A stretch of DNA of 64,000 bases, from positions 1-64,000 of IMG/VR virus record IMGVR_UViG_3300009432_001268; one strand, given 5' to 3'. The translations under genes and the position numbers were made by a program. This document shows positions 8,666 to 17,158 of this stretch, one piece after another. Origin of the DNA: a virus. Position 1 is the stretch's first letter; every line of letters begins with the position of its first letter. The notes under the pieces were generated by a model. That model was not told where the DNA came from. It saw nothing but the letters and a program-made list of their open reading frames with translations, and made no database searches.

Positions 8666-8672
8666 ATTACAC
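8666..8672 (-). promoter_or_regulatory. GTGTAAT phage promoter motif
   Basis: Same heptamer precedes several other genes; 17 nt before ATG 8648. Confidence 0.45.
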
Positions 8673-8678
8673 TTTTAT

Positions 8679-9344
8679 TTAAAAATCTATTTGGTATTTT
8701 AACTTTTCCCAGATCTTAATGTTTAGTTCTAGGTCGACTAATGCATCGTGCAGGTTCGCGTAGTTGTGTTCTATGTCGTTAGATTTTCCCAACGCCCCCA
8801 GACTTGTTCTCAGGCCTCTTTTTCTTATGCCTATCATTTTCATTTGAAAGTCCAGTAAGCTGCACTCATTACTTTTGTACCTATGGGATAGTGCCGCCGC
8901 CTTCGCTATCGCGAAAGTGTCCAACGTCTTATGCGGCAAGCTATCGTAATTTTTCCCATGTCTCCTATACCAATTCCTTAATAAATAAATATCAAAGCCC
9001 AAGAAGTTGTGACCTACCAGATAGTCGGCTTTTTCCACCAGCTCGTAAATTACACTAAAGGCTTCTTCTTCGGGGATGCAGCGGCTTTTAAATTCAGTAT
9101 CTGAATATCCTGTTATCCGCTTGGCCTCTTTACTTATCTTTAGATCTGTATCCCACTTGAGGTACAAGTTCTGCCTTCCCCTCTCCACGCTTTTTATTTG
9201 GCCTTTGTCGTTTTCTACCGTTTCGGTTAGGATGGTAGCGACCTGCCAAGGGAGGTTGAACTTATCGCTCAGACAGACGTTGAAGGTTTCAAAGTCTAAA
9301 AAGAGGAATTTCTTTTTTTGGAATCTTATTAGATGGTTATCCAT
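8679..9344 (-). CDS. dnaQ: DEDDh 3'-5' exonuclease (DnaQ/epsilon-like)
   Basis: FLDFET (ExoI), GHNFLGFD (ExoII), HDALVD (ExoIII). Confidence 0.9.
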   Translation of the reverse strand: MDNHLIRFQKKKFLFLDFETFNVCLSDKFNLPWQVATILTETVENDKGQIKSVERGRQNLYLKWDTDLKISKEAKRITGYSDTEFKSRCIPEEEAFSVIYELVEKADYLVGHNFLGFDIYLLRNWYRRHGKNYDSLPHKTLDTFAIAKAAALSHRYKSNECSLLDFQMKMIGIRKRGLRTSLGALGKSNDIEHNYANLHDALVDLELNIKIWEKLKYQIDF

Positions 9345-10101
9345 TTACGACCTCCGAGTAACTTTCGTAGCAAAATTCAGGAGAACACATGCCGTCAAAA
9401 TTAGGTTTCTCTACGGTGGTTCGTCCGTTAATACAGCGAAACGTTAGGTATGCAGAAAAGTCTTTTTTATTTTTGTAGTAAATGCTTTTTGTTTTAACTG
9501 TCTCGTACTCACCGGTACAGTAATCCAACACTCTTTCTTGCATGTCTTTATCTAACAAGACGTCGTTGTCTTCTGAGAAAAATACTGGCTTTGCAAAAGA
9601 GAAATCTGGGACACACTGAGAATCGGTATACTTATTTTTATAAAGAAACGAATCGTAGAAAGGAATTGCAAGTAGTAAGTCATTGCTCCATAAGGGCTTA
9701 AGTCTTTCAAAGTCTATTCGAGGCTCGTAATAGAAACCTTCCTGCGCCGCAAGCGTATAAATTTTTATTAATTGACTGTATCCTTTTGCGTTCTTAGCGA
9801 AAATTATATTTTTGTAGGCATTCCGCCTTCCTTCTTCGCTTTTGTTGTTGCTGTCGGGACAGAAGGTTAAACGAAGGCCAAAGATAAGTTTTATTTTTAA
9901 GGCCTCTGCGTTAGTATAAGCTTCAAGAAACCCGGCCATGTTGTCGTCAACGAGGTACATCTCTTTAATTCCTGCGTCATCGCAAATATCAAAAACAGAA
10001 TCAGAGCTTTCACTGTCCTCTTCTCCTTTAGGCATCTTAAGTGTCAAGATGGAGCGCCCGAGGCTGTAGTGGCTTTTGAATATAGGAATTATTTCCTCCA
10101 T
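9337..10101 (-). CDS. stand-alone PHP domain of DNA polymerase III alpha
   Basis: KSHYSL, LVDDNMAG, KLIFG, FAKNAKGYSQLIK, GFYYEPRID; ATG 10101 supported by the upstream promoter. Confidence 0.88.
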   Translation of the reverse strand: MEEIIPIFKSHYSLGRSILTLKMPKGEEDSESSDSVFDICDDAGIKEMYLVDDNMAGFLEAYTNAEALKIKLIFGLRLTFCPDSNNKSEEGRRNAYKNIIFAKNAKGYSQLIKIYTLAAQEGFYYEPRIDFERLKPLWSNDLLLAIPFYDSFLYKNKYTDSQCVPDFSFAKPVFFSEDNDVLLDKDMQERVLDYCTGEYETVKTKSIYYKNKKDFSAYLTFRCINGRTTVEKPNFDGMCSPEFCYESYSEVVNG

Positions 10102-10110
10102 ATGGGAATA

Positions 10111-10139
10111 AGTATGCGACACTTAGGCAAACATGTCAA
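10111..10139 (-). promoter_or_regulatory. sigma70-like promoter
   Basis: TTGACA-N17-CATACT, 9 nt before ATG 10101. Confidence 0.6.
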
Positions 10140-11118
10140 GGATATTATCTTGAGACATTCCTTTGTGTCGGGGACAGCCGTCATAGCTTCTCTTTTCTAT
10201 TTTTTCCCCTTTTTTGAGGTTTTTTTCAAGATCCTTTTTCTTTAAAGAATTTTGAGTTTGTTCCCCTTCTTTATTTACAGCCACAAAGTAATCATAAGCA
10301 TCAATGTAAGGGCACCTCCATTTTCCGATCTTGCACAACCAAGCATCCTTCTTTTTGTCAGCGGCGTAGTTTGTCACAGCGGTCTCTTCCGTAAAGTTGT
10401 TTATTACCTCGAAAGAGTGAGCTAAATAATGCTCAAGCCCGCTGAGCTGCGCATCAGTAAACTCTAGCTGCTGGAGAGGCTTTCTGGGAAAACGTAAAAA
10501 CTGGAACTCCACAGTGGGTTTGTACCCCTTCCATTCTTTTTTGGAAGCGAGTGTATAAACCATCGCTTGAATGTTGGAATGAAGTTCTTCACCTCGAAAT
10601 TTATTTTTACTGCTCTTGTAATCTACAATTTTGATTTGTTTAGTCTTTTTGTAAACTATAGGCTTGTCAATAAAGCCTCTTATTTTATACGGAGGGTTTT
10701 TGTTGTCGATCAAGAACTCGTGCTCAGGTTTATCCACCTTGCCTCCAGCCCCAAAAAAATCACAACCCAGTCCTACTATTATCATGTCGTTCATAAGGGT
10801 TGTGTTCTCTTCATTTGTCATCGGTAAATCGAAACTCTTTTCCATTTGTATTAAGTGTTTCATCACCAAGCGGTGAACCGCAGCGCTCGCTTTTAGCACC
10901 CCCGCTTTTGTTATTAGGGTATAGTGTTTCTTATGCTTTTTCTTGACCAGCATCTCGAAAACTAGATGGCAAACCGTTCCTCGGAGTGCTCCTTCGTTCT
11001 GCTTCTGAGGAAGCTTGAGGTGGTAATTGCACCAGTAAGACCATGAGCAGGTCTCAAGGGTTTTTAGTCTGGATGCGGAAAGAACTCTTTCCCTTACGTC
11101 TTTTTTTGGCTTTTCCAT
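10123..11118 (-). CDS. PD-(D/E)xK exonuclease, RecB/Cas4-like
   Basis: LSASRL..C, GT..H, RGFID, IVDYKS, Q...Y, C-terminal cysteines. Confidence 0.85.
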   Translation of the reverse strand: MEKPKKDVRERVLSASRLKTLETCSWSYWCNYHLKLPQKQNEGALRGTVCHLVFEMLVKKKHKKHYTLITKAGVLKASAAVHRLVMKHLIQMEKSFDLPMTNEENTTLMNDMIIVGLGCDFFGAGGKVDKPEHEFLIDNKNPPYKIRGFIDKPIVYKKTKQIKIVDYKSSKNKFRGEELHSNIQAMVYTLASKKEWKGYKPTVEFQFLRFPRKPLQQLEFTDAQLSGLEHYLAHSFEVINNFTEETAVTNYAADKKKDAWLCKIGKWRCPYIDAYDYFVAVNKEGEQTQNSLKKKDLEKNLKKGEKIEKRSYDGCPRHKGMSQDNILDMFA

Positions 11119-11987
11119 CTTAATATTTCACCTTTGGACATACATCCAAAATCATTTTTAGAGGGCAGTCTGATTTCCAGTTGGGATGCGTCAAATTGCC
11201 GACGAAGATTGTTATACGCTTTTTTAGCTGCCGCGTTTCCTGCTTGATTATCGTCATTGTTAAATGAGATATATATTTTTTTAGGGTCTGTAAACATTAA
11301 GACCTGCTTTATTTTTGGCGTTATAGCTAGCCCGAAAGTCACGATACAGTTTTTAATTCCTGCCTCCCATAAAGCAAGCATGTCCCCTATGCTTTCTACC
11401 AGAAAAACTTTTCTGTCATTGCGAAGAAAATTTAAATTGTACTTCATTGGGTAAGCCCATGAATTTTTCTCCCCAAGGAGTTTCCATTTCATTTGCTGTT
11501 TTCCGGTTACGTCTCTTCCCGCCACACCGACAAGCCTGTCCCTCTTATCAAAAACAGGAAAAACATAACGGTCTTTCATTTTACCTGACCTCATTACTCC
11601 GCTATCAAAAAGTTGAAGAGTTTCCGATGAGACTCCCCTTCCTTTCCAGTATGAGTAATCAGGGATGATACGCCTCAAGTCCTCCTTGTTAAAAATAGTT
11701 GGCTCTTTCAGCTTCTCTTTTTCAGGCTTAGGGACTCTAAGCTGGAAGTTGTTGGAAATGTAGCTCTTAGCCTCGCTAAGGTCTTTTAGATTAAGAGTTA
11801 TTTGAACGAGCTCTTCTAGGTTTCCAAATCGATTCTCTTTAAAATCGACCCATCTACCCGAGTCTTTCTTAATGGACAAGACGCTATTACTGCTGGAGTC
11901 GCGGTAAAGCGGCTTTGTTCTGTACTCTTTTCCGCTATCAAAAAGAGTATAGCCTATATTAATTAGAATGTCTTTAACGTCATGCAT
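11094..11987 (-). CDS. dnaG: DNA primase (DnaG-like TOPRIM)
   Basis: YWKGRGVS, RYVFPVFD, GVAGR, LVESIGD, FNND...AG, NDFG; adjacent to dnaB. Confidence 0.8.
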   Translation of the reverse strand: MHDVKDILINIGYTLFDSGKEYRTKPLYRDSSSNSVLSIKKDSGRWVDFKENRFGNLEELVQITLNLKDLSEAKSYISNNFQLRVPKPEKEKLKEPTIFNKEDLRRIIPDYSYWKGRGVSSETLQLFDSGVMRSGKMKDRYVFPVFDKRDRLVGVAGRDVTGKQQMKWKLLGEKNSWAYPMKYNLNFLRNDRKVFLVESIGDMLALWEAGIKNCIVTFGLAITPKIKQVLMFTDPKKIYISFNNDDNQAGNAAAKKAYNNLRRQFDASQLEIRLPSKNDFGCMSKGEILRWKSQKKT

Positions 11988-13506
11988 TCGTATTAAAAAA
12001 AGATAAAGCAGGGCTTTCTTCTGGGGGCTCGCCGCTTTGAATGTTATAGTTTTGTTGCTCGAAGGTAATGATGTCGTGAAGGGATCCTTCCTCCTTGACC
12101 TTAAAGTTTTCCACTCGGAAATTTAAGAAGTTGTTGACGAACTTTTCGCTACGTATTTCTCTGCCGTTTGTGGTTTCTGTTGTGGTTCGGCGAAGCAGGT
12201 CTTGGTGTCCTGCGGCATCCCTTCCTTGAAAGCGGGTTTTGAGGGGGATGAGCTTGTGGGTTCCGAACCTAGGTCCATCTGTAGCGATCTCGTCGAGAGT
12301 CTTTCGGCGGAAGATGGCCACAAACGTCGCAAACCACTGAAGCCTATCAGACAAGGAGATCGCAGAACTATCGTCAACTAAGGTGCCGGAGTTGCGGTTG
12401 AAACTTTCGCCAGAACGGTTCATCTGCATGGCTGTTATGAGAGGCGCGTTTATTTCCTCAGACACCCTCTTTAGCTTGTCTATCTTTTCTCCGATAGCTT
12501 GGTGCTCTGCCCAGTTTTTCCCGACCTTGTCGCCTGTCATTTTCACATAGTCATAGGCTATTACGCACTTGTTTCCTCTTCCTACATATTTCATGTGCCA
12601 CCGCCTAATTATAGCACATATTTCGTCGGTAGTTTTATTACGAACGTGATAATGATAATATTTATGCTTTTTAAGTTCGTGAAAATATCCCCTGACCTTG
12701 TCAACCATCTCTTCGTCCGATCTCCACTTCCCTGTCTCTAGGAACCAAAGGGGGACTCCGGTTTTAGCTGCCGCCATCCTGAACTGGATTTCGTCCGTGG
12801 TCATCTCCGTATCCAATACGAGAACAGGAACATCGTTTTTAATTGCTGTTCCTAAGCACAACTCATTGATAAATGTTGTTTTGCCTTGAGCTGGTCTGGA
12901 AACTATCGCGTAAATGTTGCCACCTCGTAGCCCGCCAAAGAGGCGGTTAAATTCATCGTAAGTAGTAGAGAGCCCCGTATCGTCAGATGGGTTATTGCCT
13001 CTTTCTTCGATCTTAAACTCTAAGTCGTCGAAAACGTTTTGAGGGTCATCTTCAAATGAATAACTAGAAATCTTTTCGCTGTAGATGGAATCAGTAGAGG
13101 CTATTATCTCATCTAAGCCTTCGTTAGAAGAGTTAGTTACGTGCTCCTTAATTCGGTCGGCTGTCTCGCTTAGTTCTCTTCTTATACGGAACTTTAGAAG
13201 CTCTTTACAGGAGTCGATTACTGCATCATGCGTTATGGACGTATAACTTAACGTGTTAACATAATCGTAAATATCAATATCATCTTTAGATGAGATGCCT
13301 AAGTTTGATATCTTAGTGGCTACTAGAACTTTATCTATTTTTTCACCGTTGAGAATAGCTTCCCTAAGGATGCAATAAATTGTCTGGTGAATATCGTTAT
13401 AAAAGTCCGCAGCATTAACGAAAGAATCTATCTCAGTTAATACTTCGGGGTGCTTAAGAAGTCCGCCTAAAACGTGACTCTCGACCTGATTAGAGTATAT
13501 GGGCAT
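11980..13506 (-). CDS. dnaB: replicative DNA helicase
   Basis: N-terminal E..VLGGLL...DFY; Walker A SRPAQGKT; DTEM; YDY; QMNR; KTR. Confidence 0.95.
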   Translation of the reverse strand: MPIYSNQVESHVLGGLLKHPEVLTEIDSFVNAADFYNDIHQTIYCILREAILNGEKIDKVLVATKISNLGISSKDDIDIYDYVNTLSYTSITHDAVIDSCKELLKFRIRRELSETADRIKEHVTNSSNEGLDEIIASTDSIYSEKISSYSFEDDPQNVFDDLEFKIEERGNNPSDDTGLSTTYDEFNRLFGGLRGGNIYAIVSRPAQGKTTFINELCLGTAIKNDVPVLVLDTEMTTDEIQFRMAAAKTGVPLWFLETGKWRSDEEMVDKVRGYFHELKKHKYYHYHVRNKTTDEICAIIRRWHMKYVGRGNKCVIAYDYVKMTGDKVGKNWAEHQAIGEKIDKLKRVSEEINAPLITAMQMNRSGESFNRNSGTLVDDSSAISLSDRLQWFATFVAIFRRKTLDEIATDGPRFGTHKLIPLKTRFQGRDAAGHQDLLRRTTTETTNGREIRSEKFVNNFLNFRVENFKVKEEGSLHDIITFEQQNYNIQSGEPPEESPALSFFNTNA

Positions 13507-13534
13507 TTATTCTATAGAAAATAGAAAATGTTGG

Positions 13535-14815
13535 TCACTTGTAGACTCGATCTACCTTAAAGAAATAATCAAAAAGCGTATCGGGCGCTTCTAACCCTCC
13601 GATTGCCGTATATACAGCTACGCCTTCTTTTGCTCCCGCATAAATTCCCCGATGAACCGTTGACTGAGTTCCCATCATTCGGCTTAGCTGCTCGAATCCG
13701 TGCTCTAAACTGGCTTGAGGAATCTTATCGAGAGAACCCTTGTCGCCAATAATAACGCACGCAGCCACGTTCCCTGTCGCGGCATCAACCCCTGCCAATA
13801 TGTTTTTGCGTAGGTTGTCCCTAACAGCATAAGAAATCCCCGTATCGGTATAGTCCTTGACCGGAGTGGCTCCAAACATAATTAATCCGGAAGAGAAAAT
13901 TGTATCCAGATCTGCTTTGTCGAAGGTCGTGTAGGCTGACTCTTTCGCCGATATCTTATTGAATAGATGAAAGATAGAACAAATGCTATTATTTGCAGTG
14001 CCCCAAAACTGGTTAACGCTTAACTTCGGATAGAGCTGTTTGATTTTTTCATTATCAAGAATAATTAAAGGAGAAACTACTCCCGCCTTTTGCAGGCCTA
14101 AGGTTCTAGTCACTGTCTTTTTGGAATTTTCTTGGACCTTTATTCCTTCTCCTCTAGTTGGTAACGCCAAAATACAACCTACCTTTGCATCGGTGTCTTT
14201 TTTCTCTTTCCCTAAGGACTGACTAAGGTCATGACAGATATCTAACACCCTAGCCACACCTCCGGCTCCAGTCCCGCCTCCTGCACCCGCACAAACTAAA
14301 ACTCTTTCGTAAGATGTCCCAAAGGTCTTTTTTAGAAAATCCAGAATGTCTTCGTACCTAGTTCTGAAAACTTCATCTGCCGCTTCTGGGTTCTTTCCGG
14401 CTCCGCCTTCTCCAATAAGGAGCTTATTTTCTTCGGGTATTTTAATTAAAGACAGGTCCTGTTGAGCGGTATTGATAATCCCTACTCGACGATACCCCAA
14501 GTTCCAAAAAGACTCGGCAAGCCTTGACCCCCCTTGACCAACTCCAACGATAGCAAAATTAAAGGCGGCGTCGTTAAACTCATCTTTAATTGAGTCTTCT
14601 AAGGGGTCATCATCTGGAAGGGGGATGTCGGGCAAATCTATACCTAAATCCATTACTTCGGTACGCACTTCCGCGGAGGCTGGCTCGGCAGAATCTGAAG
14701 CTTGACCGATAGGAGGTTCCGTAGGTAGTTCGGGAGCTTCTCCCGCCACTAAAGACGTAGGAACTTCCGTGGGGGCTTTCTCTGGGTAGTATTCGTTTAT
14801 GCTTGTATCACTCAT
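13535..14815 (-). CDS. tubulin/FtsZ-family GTPase with acidic Pro-rich N-terminal extension
   Basis: GVGQGG, INTA..D, GAGKNPE, signature GGGTGAG, LDN, T7-like FDKADL. Confidence 0.9.
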   Translation of the reverse strand: MSDTSINEYYPEKAPTEVPTSLVAGEAPELPTEPPIGQASDSAEPASAEVRTEVMDLGIDLPDIPLPDDDPLEDSIKDEFNDAAFNFAIVGVGQGGSRLAESFWNLGYRRVGIINTAQQDLSLIKIPEENKLLIGEGGAGKNPEAADEVFRTRYEDILDFLKKTFGTSYERVLVCAGAGGGTGAGGVARVLDICHDLSQSLGKEKKDTDAKVGCILALPTRGEGIKVQENSKKTVTRTLGLQKAGVVSPLIILDNEKIKQLYPKLSVNQFWGTANNSICSIFHLFNKISAKESAYTTFDKADLDTIFSSGLIMFGATPVKDYTDTGISYAVRDNLRKNILAGVDAATGNVAACVIIGDKGSLDKIPQASLEHGFEQLSRMMGTQSTVHRGIYAGAKEGVAVYTAIGGLEAPDTLFDYFFKVDRVYK

Positions 14816-15080
14816 TTTCGTCTAGTCCTTCTTCTTCATCTTCTCCAAATACATTATTTAAATTTTCATCGAAGCTCTTGGCATTCATGCCTTCCATCGC
14901 GTCAGACCAGTGACTTACGAGATATTGCAAAGACATAGCGTTTCTTTCGTCTTCTACTTTTGAATAGACTTGAGGGTTGCCCTCTTCGTCAAAATTAAAG
15001 AGCATGAAGCCCCCGCATGACCACTCACTTAGCTGGTCTAAGATGTTATCGGGAATTCTTTGCGTCTCACCTATTTTCAT
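14808..15080 (-). CDS. hypothetical protein
   Basis: ORF coupled to the tubulin gene; ATG 15080 is 7 nt after GTGTAAT. Confidence 0.65.
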   Translation of the reverse strand: MKIGETQRIPDNILDQLSEWSCGGFMLFNFDEEGNPQVYSKVEDERNAMSLQYLVSHWSDAMEGMNAKSFDENLNNVFGEDEEEGLDENE

Positions 15081-15087
15081 ACAATTC

Positions 15088-15094
15088 ATTACAC
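15088..15094 (-). promoter_or_regulatory. GTGTAAT phage promoter motif
   Basis: Intergenic; 7 nt before ATG, the same spacing as at 34209. Confidence 0.5.
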
Positions 15095-15098
15095 TCTT

Positions 15099-15515
15099 TT
15101 ATATATTTACCGAAAACTTCTCAAAAATGTATTCTCGCGACAGTGATGGTAAGTCCTCTGCCTTTATCTCAAGAACCTCAAAACCGTTATTTTCAAGCCA
15201 GATCATCTTGTGGTGATCTCTTTTTATCGATTTTAGGTAGTTGGCTCGAGAATTACCATGGAAGAACTTGTTAAATGAATCGTGCTGAGCACCTTGCGCT
15301 TCAACTGCAATCCGTTTCGTCATATTTACAAAGTCTACTTTCATCCTCGTGCCGTAAACGGGAAACTCCTCGTAACAAATGTGTTTTTCCCAAAAAGGCC
15401 TGAAGAACTGCTTAACTTCGAATTGAAAGTTTGAGCGACATTCTTTATCCCAATCGGCTCGATACTTATGGACACTTTTGTATTTAAGTTTTCCTCCGAT
15501 GTCATATAATTTCAC
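15099..15515 (-). CDS. Vsr/DUF559-like endonuclease
   Basis: EEFPV...VDF...IAVEAQGAQH...RD..K..WLENNGFEVLEI. Confidence 0.8.
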   Translation of the reverse strand: MKLYDIGGKLKYKSVHKYRADWDKECRSNFQFEVKQFFRPFWEKHICYEEFPVYGTRMKVDFVNMTKRIAVEAQGAQHDSFNKFFHGNSRANYLKSIKRDHHKMIWLENNGFEVLEIKAEDLPSLSREYIFEKFSVNI

Positions 15516-16600
15516 TATTTAACCTGTAGGGCTTTTTTAAATTTATTGAAAAGGTAATCGCGAACTTCGTGCGCCTCTTCTAAATACTTCCGGAAATTGT
15601 CCAATCCTTGGTGCTTTGCTTCTATTTCTAAGCCTTCTTTTCTAATCTCTTCCACCAAGCTGTCCCCCACGATGATCCAAGCGCCTTTGGTGGTCGCCAT
15701 GTCCCACTGAATAAGCATGTCTATAATCTCATACTCTATCCATATACTCCTGCCTCCTGTTCGGCCGTATTTGATAGGGTAACGAACCTCTGTACCTGTT
15801 TTCTCGTTTGCTGACTTCCGGAATATAACCCTGCACCAGTGTCCGTCGCCATTATTTTCTTTTGGCGGGATTAAGTCTTTCGACCAGCGCGGCTGGAATT
15901 CGAGAATCCAGTCGGAGTAGTGTAGCAAAGCGTTTCCTCCCGAAGCGTTGGTGAGCTTGGGGTCGGTCTTCTCGTATTGATTTATGCTGACCTTGCTCCT
16001 GACTTGCGAGATCATGAAGCAAATGTGACCCTTCGTGGAAAGCCCTAAAGCCATCTTCTTCAAAAAGTTAGAGCTTAGAACGGAACCGCCAGCCACCTTG
16101 TCTGAGTCTTCGAAAGAGCGATCCATGTCTTTCTTTGGAACCATCGCATCCATCGAGTCGACAATAAAAAAATATTTACATTCGGTGGGGTTGTTCGTTA
16201 TCAAATCCCGCATTAGTTGCAAAACGCTCTCGAAAATATTACTTTTATAAACGAACCATTTTTCGGCGGTAGTATCGACTCCGGAGCGATCAATCATGTC
16301 CGACGAGAGCCTACCTTCGGACTTGATGTAAACGACCATAGAGTTCTCTACTGTCGTTTGGAAATTACGAGCAAAAGATAAAGCGCATGAAGTTTTACCC
16401 CCTTCGGATACTCCGGAGGCCCGGATAATAGAAGGTCTAATTCCTCCACCCATTTCAATATCCAACAACAAGCTTCCGCTGGAAACCGTGTAATCCGGCG
16501 TATTTTCAAAGTTATAGTGGTCCTGCTTGTTTTCTTTAAGGTAGCTCTGTATTTGCTCTACAGGGCTTAGTCCTTCAGTTGTTTTCTTTTTTGCTGCCAT
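15515..16600 (-). CDS. recA: RecA/UvsX-family recombinase
   Basis: SSGSLLLD..MGGG, GVSEGGKTS, IVDSM, ISQVR, SGGNAL. Confidence 0.92.
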   Translation of the reverse strand: MAAKKKTTEGLSPVEQIQSYLKENKQDHYNFENTPDYTVSSGSLLLDIEMGGGIRPSIIRASGVSEGGKTSCALSFARNFQTTVENSMVVYIKSEGRLSSDMIDRSGVDTTAEKWFVYKSNIFESVLQLMRDLITNNPTECKYFFIVDSMDAMVPKKDMDRSFEDSDKVAGGSVLSSNFLKKMALGLSTKGHICFMISQVRSKVSINQYEKTDPKLTNASGGNALLHYSDWILEFQPRWSKDLIPPKENNGDGHWCRVIFRKSANEKTGTEVRYPIKYGRTGGRSIWIEYEIIDMLIQWDMATTKGAWIIVGDSLVEEIRKEGLEIEAKHQGLDNFRKYLEEAHEVRDYLFNKFKKALQVK

Positions 16601-17048
16601 AATTTAAAAAGTCTTTAATGTTTGTGGTTTTTTTGGACATCGACTTGTCGTCACCAATTTTGACGTCTGATACATTATGTCGAATTGGGGGTGGTAAGTC
16701 AAGACCAAATTTAGCGTACTCTACTTTAAGATACTCCCAGCCTTGCGGAGCAATGTACCAAGCCAAACTGTCAGCCTCGAATTTAGGAGGCAGCGCTGCC
16801 CAGAAAGCTCTCAAGGGGTACTTTTCAATTAACTTTTTGGTAAATTTTATTTCTCGAAAACGTGCATTCTGGTCTTTCCATATGGCCTTGGGGTTTTTAA
16901 GTAATTTATTTACTATTAAAGAATTTAATGGCTCCTCGAACTTCTTCCGCCCTTTCTTCAGGCAGAATGAAGAGCAAAACTTTTTTTTATGAGGAGAGAG
17001 AAAAGGTTTGTGGCAATGCTCGCAATCAAATCTTTTAGGTTTCGCCAT
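16575..17048 (-). CDS. hypothetical protein with N-terminal zinc finger
   Basis: CEHC...KFCSSFC; has its own promoter. Confidence 0.65.
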   Translation of the reverse strand: MAKPKRFDCEHCHKPFLSPHKKKFCSSFCLKKGRKKFEEPLNSLIVNKLLKNPKAIWKDQNARFREIKFTKKLIEKYPLRAFWAALPPKFEADSLAWYIAPQGWEYLKVEYAKFGLDLPPPIRHNVSDVKIGDDKSMSKKTTNIKDFLNYGSKKENN

Positions 17049-17056
17049 CGGCCCCT

Positions 17057-17085
17057 ACCTTATTGTGTTCGGGGTTGCATGTCAA
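17057..17085 (-). promoter_or_regulatory. sigma70-like promoter, CCCC-box class
   Basis: TTGACA-TGCAA-CCCC-GAACACAA-TAAGGT, 8 nt before ATG 17048. Confidence 0.7.
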
Positions 17086-17158
17086 GAACGGATTTTTCTA
17101 AAGAGGGCCCTTATTTTATTTTTTACTAGTATTTTTGAAAAACCTTGAGGGAGTAGGC

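Noticed and set aside
8458-9337. Split intein joining PHP and DnaE
   Set aside because: No intein N-terminal block after PHP and no His-Asn/Cys junction at the DnaE N-terminus
10123-11118. CRISPR-Cas system around the Cas4-like nuclease
   Set aside because: No repeat-spacer array or other cas genes; the context is replication
17131-17143. ATTTTTGAAAAAC repeated at 32450 as an operator
   Set aside because: Low complexity, only two copies, different distances from their promoters
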